The position numbers and the translations under genes are program-made. The notes beneath the pieces were generated by a model that saw only the letters and a program-made list of their open reading frames with translations, was not told the DNA's origin and searched no databases. Below are positions 8,421 to 16,791 of a stretch of 32,000 nt of DNA, piece by piece; the first letter of the stretch is position 1; each line of letters opens with the position of its first letter. The stretch is from Aeropyrum pernix K1 (lineage in GTDB: Archaea > Thermoproteota > Thermoprotei_A > Sulfolobales > Acidilobaceae): positions 330,001-362,000 of the forward strand of contig NC_000854.2 of NCBI RefSeq assembly GCF_000011125.1, written 5' to 3'.

Positions 8421-9857
8421 TCACTCAGCCGCTACAACCTTCCCGGGGTTAAGTATGCCCTTAGGGTCGAACACCCTCTTTATGCCAGCCATTATTTCCA
8501 GAGCCTTAACAGAGCCCATTCTTTCCAGCTCAAGCCTCAGCGCCTCCTTCTTAAGGACGCCTATGCCGTGCTCCGCGCTTACTGTGCCTCCCAGCTCTAT
8601 GGCCATCCTCATCACGTCGTAATACCACTTTAGCGCGGCCTCCTTGGCCTTCTCGTCGTCCACCGGATAGCTTATCGTCGGGTGTAGGTTGCCGTCGCCT
8701 ATGTGCCCTCCTAGAACGGTTTTGAATCCGTACTTTGCCTCAAGCTCCTTTAGCCTCTCAACCGCGTCGAGCAGCTTTGAGGGGGGTACCGCTATGTCCT
8801 CCATGAGCATCATGACCTTCCTCCCTTTAAACTGCTTCTGTGTGAGTAGAGCCTGGGTTGCAAAGAGGCTCCTCCTTATCTCCAGAAGCTTCTTCTCCTC
8901 CGCCTCCTCCATACTCTTGGCTGTATAGACAGAAGCGGCGCCCGCTGCCTTTGCTATTGACACCATCTCCTCCAAAACCCTGGTGGAAGCTTCCCTGTTA
9001 ACAGGGACGCCGACCAGCAGCATGTGGCCGTCTGGCCTGATCGCTGCGCCCAGGGTTTCGGCGGCGAGTCTCGCCGAGTCGACGTCCATGAACTCCATCA
9101 GTAGAGTGTCGATGGCCCTCGACTTTACCTCTATGACCGCGTCCACCAGCTGTCTCAGGGTGGGGAAGAATGCCAGGACCACGACAACGTTCTCCGGCAT
9201 GGGCGTGATCTTAAGTATAGCCTCAGTTACTATCGCCAGGGTCCCCTCGCTCCCCACTATAAGCCTAGCCAGGTCGTAGCCCTGTCTACACTTGAGTGTT
9301 CTACAGCCCACCCTGAGTATAGTGCCCTCCTCGTCTGGCAGCACTATCTCGAGCCCCAAGACCCAGTCCCTCATCGTCCCGTAGCGCGCCCCCCTCATCC
9401 CCCCCGCTCCAGTGTTTATGGCGCCGCCCACAGTGGCGACTTTAACGCTACCCGGGTCTATCGGGAACATGTAGCGGTATTTAGAGAGCTCGACGTTCAA
9501 GTCCCAAAGCCTGACCCCAGGCTCCACTACAGCTACAGAGTCTAGCACGCTGACCTCCCGCACACGCCGCATCCTCTCCATAGACACTACTACTCCCGGC
9601 CTCTCGGGGAAGGCGCCCCCCGCCAGGTCCGTGGAGGAGCCCTGGGGGTAGATGTAAACCTCCCTACTGTAGGCGTACCTCACCAGCCTAGACACGTCCT
9701 GGGCTGACTCGGGGAAGACGACAGCCTCCGCCCGGCCCTCCAGGCCGCTAGGCTCCCTCGAGTAGAGCCTCACTATGTGGGGGTCTGAGACCACCTTCTC
9801 CGGGCCGAAAATCTTCTCAAGCTCCTCAGCTATACGAGCCACAGGACCACCCTCCAA
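8421..9857 (-). CDS. glcD: FAD-binding oxidase, glycolate/D-lactate dehydrogenase type (GlcD-like)
   Basis: PEKVVSDPHIVRLYSREPSG, VSRLVRYAYSREVYIYPQGSSTDLAGG, GGAINTGAGGMRGARYGTMRDWVLGLEIVLPD, C-terminal GHIGDGNLHPTI and HGIGVLKK. Confidence 0.9.
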   Translation of the reverse strand: MEGGPVARIAEELEKIFGPEKVVSDPHIVRLYSREPSGLEGRAEAVVFPESAQDVSRLVRYAYSREVYIYPQGSSTDLAGGAFPERPGVVVSMERMRRVREVSVLDSVAVVEPGVRLWDLNVELSKYRYMFPIDPGSVKVATVGGAINTGAGGMRGARYGTMRDWVLGLEIVLPDEEGTILRVGCRTLKCRQGYDLARLIVGSEGTLAIVTEAILKITPMPENVVVVLAFFPTLRQLVDAVIEVKSRAIDTLLMEFMDVDSARLAAETLGAAIRPDGHMLLVGVPVNREASTRVLEEMVSIAKAAGAASVYTAKSMEEAEEKKLLEIRRSLFATQALLTQKQFKGRKVMMLMEDIAVPPSKLLDAVERLKELEAKYGFKTVLGGHIGDGNLHPTISYPVDDEKAKEAALKWYYDVMRMAIELGGTVSAEHGIGVLKKEALRLELERMGSVKALEIMAGIKRVFDPKGILNPGKVVAAE

Positions 9858-9919
9858 ACCCTAAGTAATAATATAATCCAGAACCCCCTATGGATAAGCC
9901 TTAGAATCAGCTGAGCTGG

Positions 9920-9994
9920 TGGGGCCGCGGGGATTTGAACCCCGGACCACGGGGTCCCAAGCCCCGCATCCTAGCCAGGCTAGACGACGGCCCC
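9920..9994 (-). tRNA. tRNA-Pro (anticodon TGG)
   Basis: Reverse complement GGGGCCGTCGTCTAGCCTGGCTAGGATGCGGGGCTTGGGACCCCGTGGTCCGGGGTTCAAATCCCCGCGGCCCCA. Anticodon stem CGGGG/CCCCG, loop CTTGGGA. CCA encoded 9917-9919. Confidence 0.95.
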
Positions 9995-10003
9995 ACAAAC
10001 TGG

Positions 10004-10125
10004 CGCCGGGGGCGGGATTCGAACCCGCGCGCCCCTCGCGGGGCAACGGGTCTCTCGTGCGGCGGCGCGGAAACCCCTGTTGCCGACCTCGAGCCCGCCG
10101 CCTTGGGCCGCTCGGCCACCCCGGC
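10004..10125 (-). tRNA. tRNA-Ser (anticodon CGA) containing an intron
   Basis: Acceptor GCCGGGG:CCCCGGC, D arm GCCGAGC...GGC, long variable arm TGCCCCGCGAGGGGC, T arm GCGGGTTCGAATCCCGC, CCA at 10001-10003. Anticodon stem GCGGG pairs with CCCGT only if a 36-nt insert is removed, giving loop CTCGAGA. Confidence 0.93.
10052..10087 (-). other. 36-nt tRNA-Ser intron at canonical position 37/38
   Basis: GTCGGCAACAGGGGTTTCCGCGCCGCCGCACGAGAG. The 4-bp central helix CTCG:CGAG is flanked by 3-nt bulges AG^G and AG^A, as in a bulge-helix-bulge; the inner helix is relaxed. Confidence 0.85.
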
Positions 10126-10208
10126 ACCTCCTCGCCCTCTGGCCCATCTAAAAATCCTAAATGTAATTGGGGTTTTAATCCCTTGGCCTCGCCTCCCTAG
10201 TTTGGGGT

Positions 10209-10775
10209 GTGGCGAGAGTGGTTTCTAGGAGGGGTGTGGCCTCTTCCCTTAGGGTCCTGCTGGATAGGGGTTTCAGGTTCACTATTATAGGTGGCACCGT
10301 TGTTGAGTACGCTCTCGGAAGCAGGGATCTGGGCGATGATGTTGATCTATTTGGGGAGGAGCCTCCACCGCTGCTGGAGGAGGAGTATTACGGTGTGGCC
10401 CACGAGCTCGGGTGGTCCTCCGGCCAGACGTGGCTCGGGACTCCTAGGCTCATAGCTAGGGCGGGAGGAGAGGAAGTCCCCCTCGAGTTCTTCGACAACG
10501 TCCACGACTTCTACGTCCCGGAGCCTATGCTGGAGAGGGCGGAGAGGGTGGTTATGGATGGTGTGAGGGTTAAGATGGTGCTTCTCGAGGACCACATAGT
10601 TTTGAAGGCTCATGCAGGGAGGGGCAGCGATATAGAGAGGCTGAAGGAGATTGGAAGATATGTAAAGAGGGGCCGCCTACGTGTTAGTAGGGATCTCGTC
10701 AGGGAGGCTGTAGAGTTTTTCGGAGACGAGGCGCCAGTACTGTTGAGGAGGCTTAGAGAGGCTGGCCTGCTATGA
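10209..10775 (+). CDS. nucleotidyltransferase-fold protein (MNT/AbiEii-like)
   Basis: FTIIGGTVVEYALGSRDLGDDVDLF resembles GG-x-D-x-D NTase motif; later a third acidic region (GEEVPLEFFDNV). Confidence 0.6.
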   Translation: MARVVSRRGVASSLRVLLDRGFRFTIIGGTVVEYALGSRDLGDDVDLFGEEPPPLLEEEYYGVAHELGWSSGQTWLGTPRLIARAGGEEVPLEFFDNVHDFYVPEPMLERAERVVMDGVRVKMVLLEDHIVLKAHAGRGSDIERLKEIGRYVKRGRLRVSRDLVREAVEFFGDEAPVLLRRLREAGLL

Positions 10776-12148
10776 GGGGGCCTGTCAAGATAGTCGCCAC
10801 GGTAGGGCCATCATCATCCTCTGCCTCCATACTAGCACAGATGCTCAGCCTAGGAGTTGATGTGGCTAGGATAAACGCCAGCCACGGGGGTGTAGAGCAG
10901 TGGAATAGCATGCTGGAGTCGCTTAGGAGGGCTGAGGAGGCTGTCGGGAAGAGGGTCGGAGTGGCTGTCGACCTAGAGGGCCCTAGGGTTAGGACTGGTA
11001 ACAGCGAGCCTGTTAAGCTGGAGAAGGGTGATCTCGTTACACTAGGCTTCATGGAGGGCGACGTGCCGGTTGACGCCAGACAGTTTTTCGAAACAATAGA
11101 CGAGGGCGATATAGTGCTTCTCGACGACGGGAAGATAATCCTCCAGGTGGAGTCTGTGGAGGGGTTCCGGGTTAAAGCCAGGGTTCTAGAGGGTGGAGTG
11201 CTAGGGCCTAGGAAGGGCGTGGTTGTTAGAGGTAAGGAGCCCGATCTCCCGCCACTCTCGGCTAAGGATAGGAGGGCGCTCGAGTTCTTCGCTGACAAGG
11301 GGGTCAGCCACGTCTATGTGAGCTTCGCCCGCAGTGCTGAACATGTTGAGAAGGTTCGTACCGTGGTGAGAAGGCTCGGACTGAGGCAGGCCAGGATTTT
11401 CGCCAAGATAGAGGGGCCTAGCGGCGTGTCTAGGATAGGAGAGATTGCTGAGGCCAGCGATGGCGTGATAATAGCTAGAGGAGACCTCGGGATGCACTAC
11501 AGCCTAGAGGAGCTCCCGGAGATTCAGGAGCTTATAGTATGGGAGGCTAGGAAGAGGTACAAGACTGTTGTGCTAGCCACGGAGTTCCTGTCAAGCATGA
11601 TCGAGAAGCCGGTCCCCACTAGAAGCGAGGTAGTCGATATATACCAGGCGGTGCTTCAGACGGCGGACGCGCTCATGCTGACGGGTGAGACTGCCATAGG
11701 CAAGTACCCCGTCAAGTCTGTACAGTGGATGGCAAAGATATCCTCCCGAGCCTACAAAAAGCTGGCGACTAGCCCCCCGGAGAGGCCCAGGCCCACGTCG
11801 ACCCCCTACAAGCTAGCATTGGGGCTTGTAGAGCTGGCGGAGAGCCTCGACTCCCCTCTAGTCGTCTACAGTAAGACCGGCAGGTTCGCCGAGAGGCTTG
11901 CAAGCTTCAAGCCGCTCAAAACCTTCTACGTGGGGGTGCCCAGCCGTGAGGTGGAGAGGGTTGTCAGACACCTCTGGGGGGCTGAGCCCATAGTTGTGGG
12001 CGATTATCCCTACGAAGCGGGCCTCGCCAAGACCTATGAGAAGCTTCGTAGAGAGAACATTATACACGGTGATGAAACCGTGGTTGAGGCGGCCTGGAGC
12101 AGCGAGAGGGGAATATACATAATCAGAGTTAGGAACCTGGAGTTCTAG
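10772..12148 (+). CDS. pyk: pyruvate kinase
   Basis: VKIVATVGPSSSSASILAQMLSLGVDVARINASHG, ARIFAKIEGPSGV, GVIIARGDLGMHYSLEELPEIQ, ADALMLTGETAIGKYPVKSV. Confidence 0.96.
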   Translation: MRGPVKIVATVGPSSSSASILAQMLSLGVDVARINASHGGVEQWNSMLESLRRAEEAVGKRVGVAVDLEGPRVRTGNSEPVKLEKGDLVTLGFMEGDVPVDARQFFETIDEGDIVLLDDGKIILQVESVEGFRVKARVLEGGVLGPRKGVVVRGKEPDLPPLSAKDRRALEFFADKGVSHVYVSFARSAEHVEKVRTVVRRLGLRQARIFAKIEGPSGVSRIGEIAEASDGVIIARGDLGMHYSLEELPEIQELIVWEARKRYKTVVLATEFLSSMIEKPVPTRSEVVDIYQAVLQTADALMLTGETAIGKYPVKSVQWMAKISSRAYKKLATSPPERPRPTSTPYKLALGLVELAESLDSPLVVYSKTGRFAERLASFKPLKTFYVGVPSREVERVVRHLWGAEPIVVGDYPYEAGLAKTYEKLRRENIIHGDETVVEAAWSSERGIYIIRVRNLEF

Positions 12149-12834
12149 CCGCTCCTGTCTGAAAGCCTGTAGCCTCCATCAACCCTCTCCAGCACGCCTT
12201 TCTCGACAAGCCTCTCCAATGCCAGCTTCCAGTAGAAGCCTAGGCTCCCGGGTTCTATACCGTAGAACTCTTTGAAAGCCTCTTCGAGCTTCTCGGGCGC
12301 CACCGCCTTGCCCCGGAGGTCCTCGTGCTCCCTGAAGAGCCTAGTTATAAACTGCATGGTATCCTCCAGACGCGTCCACGGGTACTGGAACCAGGCCCAC
12401 TCCCTAACCTCCATGTAGTAGTAGTCCGGCTTGAACTTGGCGACACTGCTTATCCACTGAAGCGCAGCAACCCTAAGCTCCCCTGGCTTCCACTCCTTCT
12501 CTATGAACTCTTTAGCCAGGAGCAGGGTATCGCCCGTGTCAACTATATCGTCCACCAAGAGAGCCTTCAAGCCGCTCAGGTCAACGCGGTAGGGGAACTT
12601 CAGTATAGCCTTCTCAGCCATCCTAGCCGCCTCCACCCAGTGCTGGCTCTGTATACTCAGGAGGTTAGTCACGTCGAGGAAGTCGCAGAGCAGACGGGCG
12701 GGCACGAAGCCACCCCTAGACACAGCAATAACAACGTCGGGCTCGTAACCGCTCTCTCTGATCATGTTGGAAAGGCCAAGGCTCCACTCGACAATATCGC
12801 TCCAGTCTACAAGCTTAACGGGCACCCTAGCCAA
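12145..12834 (-). CDS. purine/xanthine-guanine-type phosphoribosyltransferase
   Basis: VVIAVSRGGFVPARLLCDFL and PRPP loop KALLVDDIVDTGDTLLLAKEF. Confidence 0.85.
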   Translation of the reverse strand: MARVPVKLVDWSDIVEWSLGLSNMIRESGYEPDVVIAVSRGGFVPARLLCDFLDVTNLLSIQSQHWVEAARMAEKAILKFPYRVDLSGLKALLVDDIVDTGDTLLLAKEFIEKEWKPGELRVAALQWISSVAKFKPDYYYMEVREWAWFQYPWTRLEDTMQFITRLFREHEDLRGKAVAPEKLEEAFKEFYGIEPGSLGFYWKLALERLVEKGVLERVDGGYRLSDRSG

Positions 12835-12952
12835 CTCCAGGCCACCAGGTGGAAACTGGCCTCTCGAACTTTAAAATAAGTGTGCTGCAGGATTTTAGAT
12901 TAGCATGTATACTCAGAGAGTCTAATCACCACCGCCTGGCTACACTATAGTT

Positions 12953-13795
12953 ATGGAGGTAGCCGCTGTGGATAGCCTAGAAGCCCTATATAAAATGGTG
13001 GCTAAGCTTTACAGGAGACTCTCGGCCAGCGCCAGGAAGAGGCTTCTCGAGGGGGTGGAGCTCGCTGCTGAAAAGGGCGATCCAGCCCTAGCCTACCACA
13101 GGCTATCCACACTAGCCCGAGACTATTACGGCGACTCTCTGCCCTACGCTAGCGACGGCTACTATAAGACTTATAAGCACACTCGATGTGTGGGTCTGCC
13201 TGAGCCCACTAAGGTTTCGGGCGTCGACGTGCTGGAGGCTATACGCAGGAGGAGGAGCAGGAGGAGCTTCTCACGGCGGCCCCTAACACTCACAGAGGTT
13301 TCAACGATACTATTCCACGTAGCAGGCATAACAGGCCTGGCATGGTGGGGAGGTCCTAAGAGGCCCTACCCGAGCGCGGGTGCTCTGCAGCCTGTTGAGG
13401 CCTACCTGGTTGTGGAGAGGGTGGAGGGCCTTAAGCCGGGGCTCTACCATTACAACCCCTCCGGGCACTGTCTCGAGATGTTGAGGGAGGGTAAGCTGCT
13501 GGGCAGGCTCGCCGACGTGAGCCTGGGTCAGGACCACGTGGCCGAGGCTGCGGCGGCCCTAGTACTGACAGCCGTCTACACCAGGACAGGCTCCAAGTAC
13601 GGACACCGCAGCTACAGGTATGTCCACTGGGACACGGGATTCGCAGGAGAAAACGTCTACCTAGTCTGCGAAGCCCTAGGCCTGGCTACAGTCGCTGTTG
13701 GAGCATTCTACGACGACGAGATGTGCGGCTTCCTCGAGATAGACTGCCCCTGGGAGATGCCTATGCTGGTGTTCCCCGTCGGAGCCAGAGGTTAG
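12953..13795 (+). CDS. nitroreductase-fold, SagB-type dehydrogenase
   Basis: RRRRSRRSFSRRPLTLTEVSTILFHVAGITG, KRPYPSAGALQPVEAYLV, GLYHYNPSGHCLEML, DTGFAGENVYLVCEALGLATVAVGAFYDDEM. Confidence 0.8.
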   Translation: MEVAAVDSLEALYKMVAKLYRRLSASARKRLLEGVELAAEKGDPALAYHRLSTLARDYYGDSLPYASDGYYKTYKHTRCVGLPEPTKVSGVDVLEAIRRRRSRRSFSRRPLTLTEVSTILFHVAGITGLAWWGGPKRPYPSAGALQPVEAYLVVERVEGLKPGLYHYNPSGHCLEMLREGKLLGRLADVSLGQDHVAEAAAALVLTAVYTRTGSKYGHRSYRYVHWDTGFAGENVYLVCEALGLATVAVGAFYDDEMCGFLEIDCPWEMPMLVFPVGARG

Positions 13796-13820
13796 GGTTT
13801 ACCGGGGAGGTGCTGCTAGC

Positions 13821-14771
13821 CTAGCCTAGAAGCTCTCTGAATATGGACTCCCGCACCGAGGCTGACAATGCCTCGGCAAACTCACTATATTTATCCCCCT
13901 GTAACGCCTCACCTACCTCAACCGTACGGCCAATTACAAGCGTGTCAACCATATCAGCCCTCCACAGGTCGACGATAGACATTCTCCTCTTGACTCCTCC
14001 ACCCTGCATACCGGCCTCTAGAGATAACAGGCTAGCCACGTCCCCTATGCTGGAGGCCGGGGGTGAAACGCTCAGCTCGCTCCCCAATACAAGCGTTTTA
14101 ACGCTAAGCTCCCTAGCAAGGGCTAATGCCGCAGCGCTTCCAGCGTCCACCACAATACCTTCGCGTGCGAAGCCGTAGAGGGAAGTTACGATAGAATGGG
14201 AGTCCTCGACTAGCCAGTAGACCGCCGAGTCTGGGGCATAGTAGGACTTTAACCTCCTCCTTCTAGCGGCTCTAACGAGGAGTCGCCCCCTCTTAGCCGG
14301 GGACGCCTCGAGGACATACACCTCCACACCCCCTATGGTGAGGGTTTTTGTGATGAAGTCCTCGAGGATACTGGAGAAGCCGACGATGAGTATCCTGTCA
14401 GCGTTTCTAACCTCCTCGACAGCCTTGGCTGCGGCCTCGAGCCTGCTCCTCCTATCTAGCTCAACAAACTTCTCGAACACGCCGGGCACGTCAACGTTAG
14501 CCTCTCCTCTGGACTCCAGGATCTTCAAAGCCAAGGAGAGGGCGTGGTACAGCTGCCCGGGTGCTGTGAACCTGTTTAACGCCTCCCTTAGGCTAGCTAT
14601 TAGACTCTCAGCGGTGCGGGGATCCCTTAAACCCCTCTTGACTCTCCCTCCCAGAAACTCGGCTATAGACTCGATGGTATAGTCTAGCCCGCCGGGCAGA
14701 GTCTCTCTCACTATCCTGGCTACCTCGCCTGCAACGTCGTCCCGCGTTCTTTTAAAGAAAAACGCGCCCAA
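13821..14771 (-). CDS. divergent eIF2B alpha/beta/delta-like protein (ribose-1,5-bisphosphate isomerase superfamily)
   Basis: RNADRILIVGFSSILEDFITKTLTIGGVEVYVLEASPAKRG, VVDAGSAAALALARELSVKTLVLG resemble the C-terminal Rossmann-like domain of aIF2B proteins. Confidence 0.5.
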   Translation of the reverse strand: MGAFFFKRTRDDVAGEVARIVRETLPGGLDYTIESIAEFLGGRVKRGLRDPRTAESLIASLREALNRFTAPGQLYHALSLALKILESRGEANVDVPGVFEKFVELDRRSRLEAAAKAVEEVRNADRILIVGFSSILEDFITKTLTIGGVEVYVLEASPAKRGRLLVRAARRRRLKSYYAPDSAVYWLVEDSHSIVTSLYGFAREGIVVDAGSAAALALARELSVKTLVLGSELSVSPPASSIGDVASLLSLEAGMQGGGVKRRMSIVDLWRADMVDTLVIGRTVEVGEALQGDKYSEFAEALSASVRESIFRELLG

Positions 14772-14880
14772 GCCGCCCTACACCACAGCCCGGCTTCATA
14801 CATGAGTGTGGAAAGCCTAAAGATAATCCTATAATTCCGGGTTAATATTAATAGTATAGTTTGGCAGGCGGAGAGGATAA

Positions 14881-15564
14881 ATGGCCTTGGGCATAGTCGT
14901 CGGCGTGGATGAGGCTGGCAGGGGAAGCTTAGTCGGGGATCTCGTTGTGGCGGGCTTCGCGGTTGAAGAGGCGAGGTTGGGCGAGCTGCAGAGCCTAGGT
15001 GTTAGGGATAGTAAGCAGCTCAGCCCTGCGGCGAGAGTGGAGCTCTACCGGGAGATCTCTGGTGTAGGCTTCTTCACAGTGGAGGCTATTAGGCCTTGGG
15101 AGATAGACGGGGAGAACATAAACATTTTGGTCACGAAGGCTGTGGAGGAGATAGTGTCCAGGATAGTATCATATCTCGGAGTCCACCCCTCCCTTGTGGT
15201 GGTGGACAAGTACGGCGACGTCCAGGGCCTCAGGCTCGCTCTAACGAGGCTGGGCATAGAGCCCAGGTCTATATTGGTGGAGGAGAAGGCGGACTCGAGG
15301 TATCCCGTGGTTTCTGCAGCGAGTATAGTGGCCAAGGTCGTCAGGGATGCAAGGCTCCAGGTCCTGAGGCGCATGTATGGGGTCAGGGGTAGCGGCTACC
15401 CCAGCGACCCTGAGACCCGGGAGTGGGTGAGGGAGGTGTTCGCCCGGGGTGAGGCGCCCAGGGTTATCAGGTACACTTGGTCCACAGTCAGGAAGCTGGG
15501 GGGCCCCTGGAGGAGTAAGAAAGCCGGGAGGAACCGGAGTCTGGACGAGTTCCTGGGAGGTTAG
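14881..15564 (+). CDS. rnhB: ribonuclease HII
   Basis: VVGVDEAGRGSLVGDLVVAGFAV, DSKQLSPAAR, VVDKYGD, YPVVSAASIVAKVVRD, GSGYPSDPETREWV. Confidence 0.95.
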   Translation: MALGIVVGVDEAGRGSLVGDLVVAGFAVEEARLGELQSLGVRDSKQLSPAARVELYREISGVGFFTVEAIRPWEIDGENINILVTKAVEEIVSRIVSYLGVHPSLVVVDKYGDVQGLRLALTRLGIEPRSILVEEKADSRYPVVSAASIVAKVVRDARLQVLRRMYGVRGSGYPSDPETREWVREVFARGEAPRVIRYTWSTVRKLGGPWRSKKAGRNRSLDEFLGG

Positions 15565-15569
15565 GGGCG

Positions 15570-16643
15570 GTGTCGAGGAGGAGGATCAGGAAGTTCGAGA
15601 GGCCTGAGGAGGCTCTCCTACACCTCCTAGACGCGGCCGGCATATACAGGGTTGGCTCTAGGGTTTGGCTGCACAAGCCTAGGGTGAGGGAGCTGGGGTT
15701 CCAGTACCTCGCGGTGGAGACTCTAGTGAGGGAGTATGCCCTAGCAGCCGAAAGAGAGTACCGCGGCAGCGTCGTTTACAGCAAGGTGTACGGCGGTAGG
15801 GAGTATAAAATACTGTTGGGTAGGGGGGAGGAGGTGGCGGAGGCCTCGCTGGCCGACCCTAGCACAGTACAGAGGCTACTGTTCTCGTGGAGACACCTCG
15901 AGGAGCTTCTACCATCACCCCCCCTGCCAGCCTTCGTCGTGGACCTAAGCCTGAAGTTCATGCACACCGAGGAGGAGCTGTCGAAGCTCAGGCTCCAGAT
16001 AGCCGTGGCCCTTAGCGAGGTTAGGAAGTACCTCTGGGACCCCCACCTGGTTCTCACCAATATGGACCCCCAGACCTCCGGGTGGATAAGCGAGGTCCTG
16101 GGGGATAACAAGGTAACGATAAGCCAGAGCAAGCCCAGCGAGATACTTTGGAGCATGGACGCCGACAGGGTTGTTATACTCAGGCCCGACGCGCCCCAGC
16201 CTCTCAGCGGCAGCGAGGTCCTCGCAGCCGACGCGTTCCTCATAGGAGGGATAGTGGACCGCATACCCCGTCCGGGCGTGAGCAGGATACTCGACAACCT
16301 AGTACCATGGGGCGTCCCCAGGAGGATTGAGCTAAGAGGCTCGGTAGCTGGGGTGCCGGAGAGGATAAACAGGATAGTCGAGATACTATTGAAAGCACGG
16401 TATAAATATCCTGGGAACCTTGAGAAGGCGATAATAACCTCTATGACTAAGAAAGACGTCCTGACCCGGGTATACAGCGAGATTATAAAGAGGGGCAGGA
16501 GGGTTGGGAGCGAGCTCGTTGTAGAGTGGAGCCTCTACGAGGACCTATCCAGCTGGCTCCCATTAACGCCGGAGGACTTCATGCTAGCGGCCAAAAGAGC
16601 CAGGGCTAGGATAGAAGGTGCTCCCAGGAGAGATAACGCCTGA
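15570..16643 (+). CDS. archaeal Trm10-like SPOUT tRNA methyltransferase (position 9)
   Basis: FVVDLSLKFMHTEEELSKLRLQIAVALSEVRKYLWDPHLVLTNM and ADAFLIGGIVDRIPRPGVSRILDN resemble the crenarchaeal Trm10 family. Confidence 0.65.
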   Translation: MSRRRIRKFERPEEALLHLLDAAGIYRVGSRVWLHKPRVRELGFQYLAVETLVREYALAAEREYRGSVVYSKVYGGREYKILLGRGEEVAEASLADPSTVQRLLFSWRHLEELLPSPPLPAFVVDLSLKFMHTEEELSKLRLQIAVALSEVRKYLWDPHLVLTNMDPQTSGWISEVLGDNKVTISQSKPSEILWSMDADRVVILRPDAPQPLSGSEVLAADAFLIGGIVDRIPRPGVSRILDNLVPWGVPRRIELRGSVAGVPERINRIVEILLKARYKYPGNLEKAIITSMTKKDVLTRVYSEIIKRGRRVGSELVVEWSLYEDLSSWLPLTPEDFMLAAKRARARIEGAPRRDNA

Positions 16644-16702
16644 AACCGAGAGGCTGGCGATCGCGCCGACAGCAGGCCTACCCTGCTTGGGGTCCTTCTG
16701 GT

Positions 16703-16716
16703 CTTGAATATTCAAG
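16703..16716. repeat. 14-bp perfect palindrome CTTGAATATTCAAG
   Basis: Direct reading in the intergenic region 16644-16791. Confidence 0.8.
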
Positions 16717-16791
16717 CCAGCCCTAGCCTGTTGTCCAACGTGCTAAACCTAAATTGTCTAAGAAGCCCTTCATAGGTTAGATGGTTAGCTT

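Noticed and set aside
9888-10228. Several ORFs (9888..10127, 9907..10119, 9919..10200, 9935..10228)
   Set aside because: They run through the tRNA-Pro and tRNA-Ser genes; not coding.
14348-14401. GTGATGA-like C box suggesting a C/D sRNA
   Set aside because: No suitably spaced CTGA D box; it lies within the eIF2B-like coding region on the opposite strand.
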